Source: Nitrosopumilaceae archaeon (lineage in GTDB: Archaea; Thermoproteota; Nitrososphaeria; Nitrososphaerales; Nitrosopumilaceae). Taken from it: DNA of 64,000 nucleotides. The notes below the pieces were generated by a model. The model worked only from the letters and a program-made list of their open reading frames with translations, was not told the DNA's origin and made no database searches. Each line of letters begins with the position of its first letter. Position 1 is the stretch's first letter. Positions 52,882-63,485 of this stretch are shown here, in pieces. A program made the position numbers and the translations under genes. Location of the stretch: the NCBI GenBank assembly GCA_965200155.1, contig CBDATR010000024.1, positions 448,673 to 512,672 on the forward strand, given 5' to 3'.

Positions 52882-53391
52882 ATGTTAATGGCGTACAACC
52901 CGGCAGGAACAGTGGATACACTTAATCTACTCTTTGAAAAGTTGGATACCTTATTCAACGAGTCCCAGGGATATTATGAGTCATTCTTAGATATAAACAA
53001 CATGTACAAGGCAGGTAAAATTAGCGACAAGGAGTTCTTTCAGAAACTAGGAGACTATGTAGTTGCATATTCGGCATTGGAGTTTCTTGCGATAAAGGTG
53101 CTCTTTGAGGTAAAAAAATCATTACAGTCTGGACACGGTACGACTCAGTCTCCGGGATTAATGCCCGGTATGGGTCAACCAGGCCCAATGACGACTAATC
53201 GACCGGGCACGACATCAAATCCTGTGGGTGGCCCACCTGGTATTGTCTCTGCAAAAGATGCCTTTAACACGCCCGGGACACTGCCCTCGCCGGACCCTGC
53301 ACTGGTTGTCAAGAGCGGCGGGTGCCCATCATGTGGCGCTCCACTAAAACAAAACGCAAAATTCTGCACATCCTGTGGTTCACGTATTTAG
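52882..53391 (+). CDS. zinc-ribbon domain protein
   Basis: C-terminal CPSCG...AKFCTSCG. Confidence 0.85.
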   Translation: MLMAYNPAGTVDTLNLLFEKLDTLFNESQGYYESFLDINNMYKAGKISDKEFFQKLGDYVVAYSALEFLAIKVLFEVKKSLQSGHGTTQSPGLMPGMGQPGPMTTNRPGTTSNPVGGPPGIVSAKDAFNTPGTLPSPDPALVVKSGGCPSCGAPLKQNAKFCTSCGSRI

Positions 53392-53735
53392 GATTGTGTG
53401 GTACCGCATTGGCCACAGAACTTTGCTACCGCACTAAGCTTTGCCCCACACTCAAAACAATATCGTGCGGCTGCTGCCGAGCCGCTGTGTACGCTTGTAT
53501 TTTTTACAGCGCCTGTTGGAACATACGTATCATCATCTATGACCATGGGCTCTAGGTCCTGATCAGTCATATAGGTCATGGCTCTTGATATGTTCTTGGT
53601 CTTGTCACTTGGATCAGGTATGGTGTCACCAAGCCAGAACGCGAAGCGTGTAAGTGTCATTTCTGGCGTAGAGAACGCTAGTGTATGCGCGGACATATAA
53701 TCTGTAGATGCCTTTCTGCCATCAAATAGCTCCAT
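53388..53735 (-). CDS. zinc-ribbon domain protein
   Basis: C-terminal CFECG...AKFCGQCG. Confidence 0.85.
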   Translation of the reverse strand: MELFDGRKASTDYMSAHTLAFSTPEMTLTRFAFWLGDTIPDPSDKTKNISRAMTYMTDQDLEPMVIDDDTYVPTGAVKNTSVHSGSAAAARYCFECGAKLSAVAKFCGQCGTTQS

Positions 53736-53870
53736 GGTTGTATTTGCAATATTTACAGTATAACAGTTTTCCTTCCCGGCAGTATTTCACGTTTCCTCAC
53801 TCTCCCGTATTATTTACAGTTGGGATCCGTGTGATTGATTAGATCACTGTGCAGAGATAGCAATTACGTT

Positions 53871-53962
53871 GTATGAGTTCACCTGTGTCTAAATTTACGC
53901 ACAACTGATCGCTACAGTTAATGTGATTTGTGCATAAGATTCCGGAAGACGTGAACTCATAC
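53871..53962. mobile_element. 92-bp MITE
   Basis: TSD attacgtt. Confidence 0.93.
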
Positions 53963-54379
53963 ATTACGTTTTTTCGATAATGTGTTCCTGTCTACATTTT
54001 TGAAGTGTTTAATTAATTATTTTAAGCGTAACAGTTATAGCTGAAAATATTATTTAATAAAATATGTCTGAAACCCTACAGATAACAAGAAAGTAACCTA
54101 TGGGAGGTCATTAGACCTTATGCGCATGATTGACAGTAACAGCCCATGTTGCGTATGAGTTCACGTCTTCCGGAATCTTGTGCAAAAATCACATTAACTG
54201 TCGCGATCAGTTGTGCGTAAATTTAGACACAGGCGAACTCATACACACAATCAGTCAAGCATGAACAATGTGAATGGCACCTGCCAGGTATGAGTTCACG
54301 TCTTCTGGAATCTTATGCACAAATCACATTAACTGTCGCGATCAGTTATGCGTAAATTTAGACACAGGTGAACTCATAC

Positions 54380-55340
54380 GCATGTGCGGCAAAAAACAAC
54401 TGGCCCCAGCAGCGGACGTCCCAGAGAGTGGTGGTTTTGAGATGTGGTGCCATCACTGCGTTACGTACGGAAAAGATTCCAATAAAACGCGTACCTGTAA
54501 TTTCGAGGGATCTCTTCGGCCTGAATATATCGGTGGGTGCGGTAAACAACATAATTGCCAGGGCCGCCGATGCATGCGAATCATTTATGGAAACAATTTA
54601 TGAGAATATAATAAAATCACCCAGCATTCATGTGGACGAAACTGGTATATCACTGGCGGGTAAGCGTGGTTGGATATGGGGGATGCGGGCCGAAGAGTGG
54701 ATGATATACAAAAGTAGGAGTTCATATGTAGTGGACAAATACCTGAACGGTTACCAGGGCGCGATAGTTACAGACAGGTACGTTGTGTATCGCCGGTTTG
54801 ATGACGGTGGGAAGCACCAGTTGTGTTGGGCGCATTTATTGCGCGATACCAGTATATTACATGCAGGATTCTATATCGATCCCGGTGATCAGGACGCCCG
54901 GATCAAACTTGACAACGATTTGAAAGAATTGTTCCGGAGCGCACGTGAATCGCTGCGGGCCGTCCGCGCAATTACGACACTCATTTGAGACAGGAGCAGA
55001 TGCATCAGTACTGTGATGTTGATACTGAACTGCAAAAGAAGGTAAAAGGATTGAATAAGGCCATACCAGGCATGTTCGTATTCTTAGAATATGACGGTGT
55101 GGAGCCCACCAACAATCCAGCGGAGCAGTGGAACCGGTTCTGATACGCAGTGGTATTCCGCAAAATTAGTGGCCAGATAAAGGGTGGTGAAAGGGTCATG
55201 CGCAGAATGTCCATATGTGTTCAGACATGGAGGGCTCAGGGCATTTCTGTAATGAACGAGGTTGCTGCCAGAATGCAATTATAATTAAAAAACTGGGATG
55301 CATTCTATCTTATTATGTGATCAAAACACGTGACTCATAC
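54380..55340 (+). mobile_element. IS66 3' fragment
   Basis: Transposase remnant and right TIR. Confidence 0.87.
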
Positions 55341-55506
55341 CATGATATACGTCATCAAGATCCGGTCCCCTCACTACACGGCATACGTTAGTGCTGGTAG
55401 GTGCCATTAACATTGGTTTGTTCATGCTTGCCTGATTGTGTGCCATAAAATACACCCCAGTTTGAAGCAATATGGGATGTTACTGTCAATCATGCGCATA
55501 AGGTCT
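55341..55506 (+). mobile_element. IS5/ISL2-like right-end remnant
   Basis: Reverse complement of 58258-58420. Confidence 0.78.
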
Positions 55507-55532
55507 ATTAGTTTGTACATATATTTTGTATT

Positions 55533-55964
55533 ATGAAACTACGCCACTTCTCTGTTGCAGCCCTTTCAGTAGTAATGGTGGTCTTTGCATTCGTGCCCTT
55601 GGCCGCTGGAGAAACCATGAATCAATATATTCCAATAAGTGATACCATTATGTTACAAAAAACCACAATCACCTTAGATGTTCCATCTGATAACCCCTTC
55701 CCTTGGGGTTACATACGTGGAACAGTAGAAAATCCAGCAAGCGGTTATCCCGTAATAATACAAATTTTTCAACATGAGCATCCAGTTCATTTTGCCCAGG
55801 TGAATGTTCTGGACGGCGGCGAATATGAGTACCGGTTTAGAGCTTTGGATGTAAGTGACGGTGTGGTGACCCGTATATTCGACGGCATCTATCAAGTGGT
55901 CATATACAAGGTTGTCTATAACTTGGGTGGCGATTGCCAAGACATATCTAATGAGTGCGTATAA
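55533..55964 (+). CDS. exported hypothetical protein
   Basis: Signal peptide; PWG...G, YPVIIQIF, HFAQV. Confidence 0.75.
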   Translation: MKLRHFSVAALSVVMVVFAFVPLAAGETMNQYIPISDTIMLQKTTITLDVPSDNPFPWGYIRGTVENPASGYPVIIQIFQHEHPVHFAQVNVLDGGEYEYRFRALDVSDGVVTRIFDGIYQVVIYKVVYNLGGDCQDISNECV

Positions 55965-55968
55965 ATGA

Positions 55969-56859
55969 CTAAAATCCGCGCAATCCCTGTGGCCTAGCTG
56001 TCTCCGGATGATCTTTAAACCATTCTATCTGTTGCAACATCTCTTCCTTGTCATGAGGGAATGTTCCCTTTATGGTATATGCATTAGAACCATGATTTGC
56101 GCGAAAAACCATGTCGTCCTGAACCTCGATCTGAGATATTAACCGGCCTAATTCTTCTAGGGTTTCTGCATCATTAAGTCGCTTAAAGTTACCCTCATAC
56201 TTATCGATAAATTCCTGTTTTATACCATTTTCCAGGTATAGTGTTAAAGCACCTAGATAATTGGGTGAGCAGGAATTAATCACCTTGGCAGTGTCTGATA
56301 TGTGTTCTTGTGAGTATTTCTTACCGCCTAGTCCTATTATTACCATGCACGACATTTTGTAACCCGCAGCTTTGGCCTTGTTGACTGCTTTGATTATGGT
56401 TGATCCCAGCGCGCCTTTTGTGACCTTTTTGAGAACGGTATCTGATCCACTTTCTATGCCTAGATATAGCATATCTAATCCTGCCTTGTGCATATCGGAC
56501 AACTCCTGTGGTGTTTTTTTAAGCAGGTTCATGGGCATGGCGTAGCAGGATATTCTGTCTAGATGGGGAAATTTCTCTTTTAAATGAGTAATTATTTTGA
56601 TGATATACTGAGTATCTAGATTCATCGCATCCCCATCGGCTAGGAATATTCTGCGCGTATTTGGCAGGTGCTTCCCCATAAGATCTATCTCCGACTTTAT
56701 CTGATTCCATGGCCTTTCCGAGTATTCTTTGGAACGATACATGTCACAAAATGAGCACTCGTTAAAGGAGCAGCCCAACGTGACTTGAAATATTAATGAT
56801 TTGCCCTCAGATGGGGGGCGATATAACGGCGCATCGTATGCGGGGCTTATCATCATCAC
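55969..56859 (-). CDS. radical SAM protein
   Basis: YRPPSE, CxxxCxxC (CSFNECSFC), FLADGD, GIESG, FRANH.SN. Confidence 0.9.
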   Translation of the reverse strand: MMMISPAYDAPLYRPPSEGKSLIFQVTLGCSFNECSFCDMYRSKEYSERPWNQIKSEIDLMGKHLPNTRRIFLADGDAMNLDTQYIIKIITHLKEKFPHLDRISCYAMPMNLLKKTPQELSDMHKAGLDMLYLGIESGSDTVLKKVTKGALGSTIIKAVNKAKAAGYKMSCMVIIGLGGKKYSQEHISDTAKVINSCSPNYLGALTLYLENGIKQEFIDKYEGNFKRLNDAETLEELGRLISQIEVQDDMVFRANHGSNAYTIKGTFPHDKEEMLQQIEWFKDHPETARPQGLRGF

Positions 56860-57341
56860 GCCCTTCTTGGTGTCTTTTTATATATTCCTTGGTGGTCCAA
56901 TAATTGTGTGTGAGTTCACCTGTGTCTAAATTTACGCATAACTGATGGAACAGGTTGTTCTAGTTAATGTGATTTGTGCATAAGATTCCGGAAGACGTGA
57001 ACTCATACCCTGCCAGCACTAACGTATGCCGTGATTGCAAATGTCATGTAGTGGGGTGACCGGATCTTGATGACGTATATCATGAGTGAGCTAAATGGTT
57101 ACCACAAAACCCATTAATTTAGTGGATTTTCTGATGAGTAATATTCGAATTATAATAACACGGAAATTATGGACAGATATTTTTCAAGAATTTCTTGTAC
57201 CTGGTATGCTTGTGCATAATGTGTAAATTATGCAACCCGGATACTACGAGATCTTCCCGGAATTCCTCACGACTACCATCATATACCTGACTTAATCTAC
57301 GATATACCTTTAGCATTCGAATTACATTCTCGATTAATATG

Positions 57342-57715
57342 GTATGAGTTCAGGTGTTTATCATATGATAATATAGAAACCGCGTTTTTGGCTTGGTAGG
57401 AGATATCCAAGTTTTTTTAGTTAGATATTATCGTAATTATTCTGGAGCAATGGTGAGTTAAACTATAACTGCGTTCTAGCGGCAACCTCTGCCATTATCG
57501 AGAGTTTCTGGGCCCTCCATGTCTGGATGCATGATACGAATACGGACATACGGCGCATGGCTTTTTCACCACCCTTTATGTGGCCGCTAATCTTGCGGAA
57601 TATGACAGGATTATCGTAATGCCGTATGAGTTCACGTCTTCCGGAATCTTATGCATAAATCACATTAACTGTCGCGATCAGTTATGCGTAAATTTAGACA
57701 CAGGTGAACTCATAC
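57342..57715 (-). mobile_element. hybrid unit: divergent IS66 right end plus MITE (57624-57715)
   Basis: Variant TIR gtatgagttcaggtgttt; outer TSD ttaatatg. Confidence 0.8.
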
Positions 57716-58257
57716 TTAATATGCGCCTTTTTGATACATATTGGTTGTATTTCCTTTCAGTTTTAGTGAGTGATTCCCTACCCCTGTATGGAATTATGAC
57801 CTTTGCGCCGGGTAGGAAGTCTTTCATACCCTGGTATCCTGCATCTGCTATTACTGTTATCTTGTATGAGTTCACGTCTTCCGGAATCTTATGCACAAAT
57901 CACATTAACTGTCGCGATCAGTTATGCGTAAATTTAGACATAGGTGAACTCATACAGATCTTGCACATTACAAGGAACGTGTGAGAGTATTGGAAGCATA
58001 TATTTCACGCACCACAGAAGAAATACGAAATCTCACACAAGATTTCCAAATTATTAGGAATTATGTAAATGAATTGAAAGAGAAATTAGAAGAAAAACAG
58101 GGGAAAATTGCGGTAATCACAACGCGACTTAAATATTATCAGAATTCTCACTCGCCACCATCCCTTCAATCCCTCCAGTACAAGAAGCGGAAACAGAAGC
58201 GAAAACAGGGTATGAGTTCACCTGTGTCTAAATTTACGCATAACTGATCGCGACAGT

Positions 58258-59834
58258 AGACCTTATGCGCATGATTGACAGTAACAGCCCATGTTGCTTC
58301 AAACTGGGGTGTATTTTATGGCACACAATCCGTCAAGCATGAACAATGTGAATGGCACCTGCCAGCACTAACGTATGTCGTGTAGTGGGGTAACCGGATC
58401 TTGATGAAGTATATCGGAAGTGAGCTAAACGGTTGTATGAGTTCACCTGTGTCTAAATTTACGCACAACTGATAGAACCGGTTACCAGTTAATGTGATTT
58501 GTGCACAAGATTCCGGAAGACATGAACTCATACCATTAATTTAGTGGATTTTCTGATGAGTAATATTCGAATTATAATAACACGGAAATTATGGACAGAT
58601 ATTTTTCAAGAATTTCTTGTACCTGGTATGCTTGTGCATAATGTGTAAATTATGCAACCCAGATACTACGAGTAGATCTTCCCGGAATTCCTCACGACTG
58701 CCATCATATACCTGACTTAATCTACGATATACCTTTAGCATTCGAATTACATTCTCGATTAATATGCGCCTTTTTGATACATATTGGTTGTATTTCCTTT
58801 CAGTTTTAGTGAGTGATTCCCTACCCCTGTATGGAATTATGACCTTTGCGCCGGGTAGGAAGTCTTTCATACCCTGGTATCCTGCATCTGCTATTACTGT
58901 TATCTTATCGGATGGTGGCGTGGTTGATTCTTTTAGGGACTTGCCCCATTTGCCACCGAGGGGAATATCATTCTTGAATATACCATAATCGTGTCTTTTT
59001 CCCTCATATACTCCACTTACGTGAATTATCAGTCTTTTCTTGTTTGATGTTATCTGTACGTTATACGTGTGGGTTTTTTGTTTACCAGAGTACATTGCCT
59101 CCTGATTTTTTTTAGGACGTTGTACGCGTACATGTGTCCCGTCAGTCTTTATCTCCCCTCCGGCTCGGCCTGGAACAATTTCCTTAAAGTCGGGTGTTGA
59201 CTTGATTTGTGATATTGCTTTTGCAACGGTATCTGCCGTTGGAAGTATCTTGATCAGTCCCTGCTTTGTAAACTGGATGTAACGGCATATGTTTGACTGG
59301 TTTATCTTGAGTATTGCTGCCAGCAGCTCCTGCTTTGTATTGCAGCGCAGGCGTATCAGTGTAACTAAGAGTACATGCCTGACCGGAAATTTGTTCACAT
59401 GGCCGCGATCATTTGTAAGTTCTAAGAATCGCCGTGCATCATCGCCTTCCAGGGACTCTACGTATTCTGTGAATCTGGTTAGTATCCATTTGAACTCTTC
59501 CGGGGTGCATCCGGTCAGGGAATGAAGCTGATCCTTGCGTTCTATGATGTCATCAAGATTTGAAACGAGGGCATTCTTTGTTTGAGCTTCAAGTTTGGCG
59601 TGCAGGTTTGTTACTTCGGCCTCGGACCTGGTGCGTAGCCGGTAGTACTCTGTGACTAACTGCTCCCTGGTGAGTTCTTCTGCTTTTAGCATACCTGGTA
59701 TTACAAAATTAGGTCTTAACTTTTCTGTTTCACACGAGTCTGTGGGAAAACCCATGATACTAGGTCAATTGTTCGTATCTAACAACTTGGTTTAGACGTG
59801 CAGGGTGGGAGAAGTGATTCTGCGCATACGGTCT
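58258..59834 (-). mobile_element. IS5/ISL2-like element inserted in a MITE; contains MITE 58435-58533
   Basis: TIRs agacc(t/g)tatgcgca; 3-bp TSD agt. Confidence 0.88.
58589..59755 (-). CDS. IS5/Harbinger-like DDE transposase, intact
   Basis: LTG...EF, HTH, DGT, YSGK.K.H, G..HD, ADAGYQG, N...SK.RI.IEN. Confidence 0.9.
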   Translation of the reverse strand: MGFPTDSCETEKLRPNFVIPGMLKAEELTREQLVTEYYRLRTRSEAEVTNLHAKLEAQTKNALVSNLDDIIERKDQLHSLTGCTPEEFKWILTRFTEYVESLEGDDARRFLELTNDRGHVNKFPVRHVLLVTLIRLRCNTKQELLAAILKINQSNICRYIQFTKQGLIKILPTADTVAKAISQIKSTPDFKEIVPGRAGGEIKTDGTHVRVQRPKKNQEAMYSGKQKTHTYNVQITSNKKRLIIHVSGVYEGKRHDYGIFKNDIPLGGKWGKSLKESTTPPSDKITVIADAGYQGMKDFLPGAKVIIPYRGRESLTKTERKYNQYVSKRRILIENVIRMLKVYRRLSQVYDGSREEFREDLLVVSGLHNLHIMHKHTRYKKFLKNICP

Positions 59835-60840
59835 AGTTAATGTGATTTGTGCACAAGATTCCGGAAGACGTGAACTCATACGTTATCTTATCGGATGGTG
59901 GCGTGGTTGATTCTTTTAGGGACTTGTCCCATTTGCCGCCAAGGGGAATATCATTCTTGAATATGCCATAATCGTGTCTTTTTCCATCATATACTCCACT
60001 GATGTGAATTATCAGTCTTGTTTGATGTTATCTGTACGTTATACGTGTGGGTTTTTTGTTTATCAGAGTACATTGCCCCCTGATTTTTTTCAGGACGCTG
60101 TACGCGTACATGTGTCCCGTCAGTCTTTATTTCCCCTCCGGCTCGACCGGGAACAATTTCCTTAAAGTCCGATGCTGACTTGATTTGCGAATTGCTTTTG
60201 CAACTGTATCGGCCGTTGGAAGTATCTTGATCAGTCCCTGCTTTGTAAACTGGATGTAACGGCATATGTTTGACTGGTTTATCTTGAGTATTGCTGCCAG
60301 CAACTCTTGCTTTGTGTTGCAGCGCAGGCGTATCAGTGTAACTAAGAGTACATGCCTGACCGGAAATTTGTTCACATGGCCGCGATCATTTGTAAGTTCT
60401 AAGAATCGCCGTGCATCATCGCCTTCCAGGGACTCTACGTATTCTGTGAATCTGGTTAGTATCCATTTGAACTCTTCCGGGGTGCATCCGGTCAGGGAAT
60501 GAAGCTGATCCTTGCGTTCTATGATGTCATCAAGATTTGAAACGAGGGCATTCTTTGTTTGAGCTTCAAGTTTGGCGTGCAGACTGTCAACTTTTCCACA
60601 CAAACTGTCATTTTTTCCACGCAGGCTTGTTACTTCGGCCTCAGACTCGGTGCGTAGAAGGTTGTACTCTGCTATTAACTGCTCCTTGTTGAGTTCTTCT
60701 ACTTTTAGCATACTGGATACCACAAGATTAGACCTTAACTTTTCTGTTTCGCACACGTGTTTGTGTTAGGCCAATCATTTGGATCTATAAACTTGGTTTA
60801 AACGTGTAAGGTGGGGCAAGTGATTCTGCGCATAAAGTCT

Positions 60841-61276
60841 AATAAAAGGGCAAAAAGAACTGGAAACCCACACTATTCGAGGAAGAACTGCTGGATCAAG
60901 ACATCATACTAATCAATTCCAGACCATACCACCCGCAGACAAATGACAAACTGAAGGTATGAGTTCACCTGTGTCTAAATTTACGCATAACTGATCGCGA
61001 CAGTTAATGTGATTTGTGCATAAGATTCCGGAAGACGTGAACTCATACAACTGAAGCGCTTCCACAGAACGATTGAGGACGAGATATGACATTATGACAG
61101 TCTCCGGGATTATGTGGACTACTACAATGAGAGAAGATTGCACTTCTCACTGGATATAGATAACGGCGAAACGCCGCTTCAGGAATAAAAAGGCGACCCA
61201 GACAATTAGGGCAAATGATGCAAAATGGATGGAGCGGGATACCAATGACTAGCGGACCGACTTTTCATACATTACA
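60841..61276 (+). mobile_element. IS481 right-part remnant with MITE 60957-61048 (TSD aactgaag)
   Basis: Right end ...ttttcatacattaca. Confidence 0.85.
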
Positions 61277-61478
61277 ATTGTTGGGCGCGATCCATTATAC
61301 TAGTATATAAGATCGAAGTTTTCGACTTTTATCTTGCTTCAAAGTACCATTTTTAGCTGCGCACAATACCATATTGACATGCCAAATTAACCACCCCCTT
61401 GGGGACGCGCAAATAAGCATGTGATAATTGTGATATTTTGATCAAATTAGTCGCCCAAAGACTTATGGCGGTCGCCAT
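61277..61478 (+). repeat. about 200-bp direct repeat, second copy 63621-63822
   Basis: Near-identical non-coding sequence following IS481 ends. Confidence 0.85.
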
Positions 61479-61622
61479 AAGTGTCGGAAAAGTTAGGTGA
61501 TGGAGTCGTTTATGGGCTTGCATGACACCTGTCCTGCACCAGTTCCCTTATGCAAGACTCATACTTGGCCTTCAGTTCATTCGCAGCCATACATGCATAC
61601 CATAAAAGTCGCTAGGGAACAG

Positions 61623-61696
61623 CGGGTCTAGGGGGATTCGAACCCCCGACAGCCGGATTAAGAGTCCGGTGCTCTACCTGGCTGAGCCATAGACCC
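61623..61696 (-). tRNA. tRNA-Lys(CTT)
   Basis: gggtcta acceptor stem, ccgga-ct-ctt-aa-tccgg anticodon arm, GGTTCGAATCC. Confidence 0.93.
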
Positions 61697-61737
61697 GAAA
61701 TGAACTCATAAAGTGTCGTTATTAACCTTGAGATTAG

Positions 61738-62337
61738 TCAGGCCGCTTTTGCTTGTACCTGATCGTACTTTTCCAGAATTGCAGTCAATACCGTAGATAC
61801 AGGCAAGTCATTCATCCTCTTCTTTTCGTCCAACAGTTTGCGATATGCGTCCAGCGTTATGTACACCGGAATAGAGCCATTCCCTTCTAGGAGGCCCCTA
61901 ACGTTATACAGTGCAGTCTCCATGCCTCGCTCAGCGGACTTGGCAAATTTTGCCTTGTCCATAATACTGCCCAAGGGTCCAAATGGCATCTCATAATCCA
62001 CGGTCATGGTAACCCTAGTGAGATTGGGGCCCAAGGATTCGAACTGGTTGGTTATTGACCACTTCTTGAAGGGGCCATCTATCTGCTTTGCGGATATTAG
62101 CTGGTTGCGATCAAATCTCGTTGTCTCACAGTCCCATTCCAGCTGCTTGCCGTTGAAGTTGCCAATGATACGGAATGTGGTTCCTACACCCATTCCCTCT
62201 TTGATATCCATGGGAACTACGGCCATTCCTACGGCGTCATTCTTTATCTGGTCTGACACATGCTCAGGGCGTGCAAAATATGTAAACACACTGTCCACAG
62301 GTGTCTTGATATCTATGGACTTTGTGACTACTGTCAT
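61738..62337 (-). CDS. SRPBCC/polyketide cyclase family protein
   Basis: KSIDIKTPVDSVF, GPFKKW, VDYEMPFG. Confidence 0.85.
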   Translation of the reverse strand: MTVVTKSIDIKTPVDSVFTYFARPEHVSDQIKNDAVGMAVVPMDIKEGMGVGTTFRIIGNFNGKQLEWDCETTRFDRNQLISAKQIDGPFKKWSITNQFESLGPNLTRVTMTVDYEMPFGPLGSIMDKAKFAKSAERGMETALYNVRGLLEGNGSIPVYITLDAYRKLLDEKKRMNDLPVSTVLTAILEKYDQVQAKAA

Positions 62338-62414
62338 AAGTTCAAGGACTTGAGATCTTGATTTAAAGGTTTGTTAACATCTAACTTGAGAATACATTCT
62401 TGTTGGCAAGCAGG

Positions 62415-63485
62415 TGTAATGTATGAAAAGTCGGTCCGCTAGTCATTGGCATCCCGCTCCATCCATTTTGCATCATTTACCCTAATTGTCTGGATCGCCT
62501 TTTTATTCCTGAAGCTGCGTTTCGCCGTTATCTATATCCAGTGAGAAGTGCAATCTTCTCTCATTGTAGTAGTCAACATAATCCCGGAGACTGTCATAAT
62601 GCCATATCTCGTCCTCAATTGTTCTATGGAAGCGTCCAGTTTGCCATTTGTCTGCGGGTGGTATGGTCTGGAATTGATTAGTATGATGTCTTGATCCAGT
62701 AGTTCTTCCTCGGTATGAGTTCACCTGTGTCTAAATTTACGCATAACTGATCGCGACAGTTAGTGTGATTTGTGCACAAGATTCCGGAAGACGTGAACTC
62801 ATACCTTCCTCGAATAGTACGGGTTTCCAGTTCTTTTTGCCCTTTTATTGTCCTACGAAACACGCGCCGTTATCAGATAGTATGGATGCAGGGGCGCCGA
62901 ATCTCTTTATCGCCAGTCTCAGTAATAGAACGGCGTTCTCTGAGGTTACATGCTCAAATAGTGCCACCCCGACTATACACCCGGATGCACCATCTATGAG
63001 ATTCAGTCCCTTGAAGCGCTCATCTTTCATGACATGTCAGTCTACGTGCCACATTGCATTGGAATATTTACGCTCATAGCGTACCCACTCTGACTTTGCA
63101 GGTGATGATCCTGCCGTACCGTTCTTTTTCATTATGCAATATACTGCGCGATATGATATATTGTAATTCTGTCTAAGCCTCTTTGCAATACGTACTACTC
63201 CGGCGGGATCCTTGTGATATGCTTCCGTTACCATTCGTATCTGGGCAGCGGTGATTGGTATCATGGGCCTGCCCATCTTTACTCGAGTCGTTCCCGTCCT
63301 CTGGTTCACAATCTTCGTACGTGTCTTGTTTCAGGTCTTGAGCTATTTTGGTGGAGGTAACGTCTCTTTTGCGCTGTCTTACTATTGATTTCTCTGTTAT
63401 TCTCTTTACCATGGCCTTTCGTGGCTTGCGCAATCTGAACTACTGTACGCCGGATCCTAAGCGGACTTACTTTTCATACTATTGA
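62415..63485 (-). mobile_element. IS481 element, degenerate, with MITE 62713-62804 (TSD cttcctcg); duplicated left end to 63620
   Basis: Both ends; frameshifted integrase-type transposase. Confidence 0.87.

Larger units (their letters stand above)
54288..57008. mobile_element. MITE-bounded composite transposon carrying two host-like genes
   Basis: Inverted MITEs 54288-54379 and 56908-57008; outer 8-bp TSD cctgccag. Confidence 0.75.
57864..59881. mobile_element. MITE-bounded unit (MITE 57864-57955, IS66 fragment 57956-58209, split MITE 58210-59881)
   Basis: Outer TSD gttatctt. Confidence 0.8.
54113..60840 (-). mobile_element. IS5/ISL2-like element fragmented by nested insertions (MITE 54153-54244 and composite units)
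   Basis: Ends agaccttatgcgca / tgcgcataaagtct; pieces 54113-54287, 57009-57341, 57716-57863, 59882-60840 rejoin via TSDs. Confidence 0.8.

Noticed and set aside
54110-55509. att flanking two inverted IS5-like right ends as a composite element
   Set aside because: Only 3 bp, matching the ANT target preference, and in conflict with the stronger 8-bp TSD structure.
60572-60632. 21-bp repeats in the IS5-like transposase N-terminus
   Set aside because: Contiguous heptad expansion with no spacers, so not CRISPR-like.
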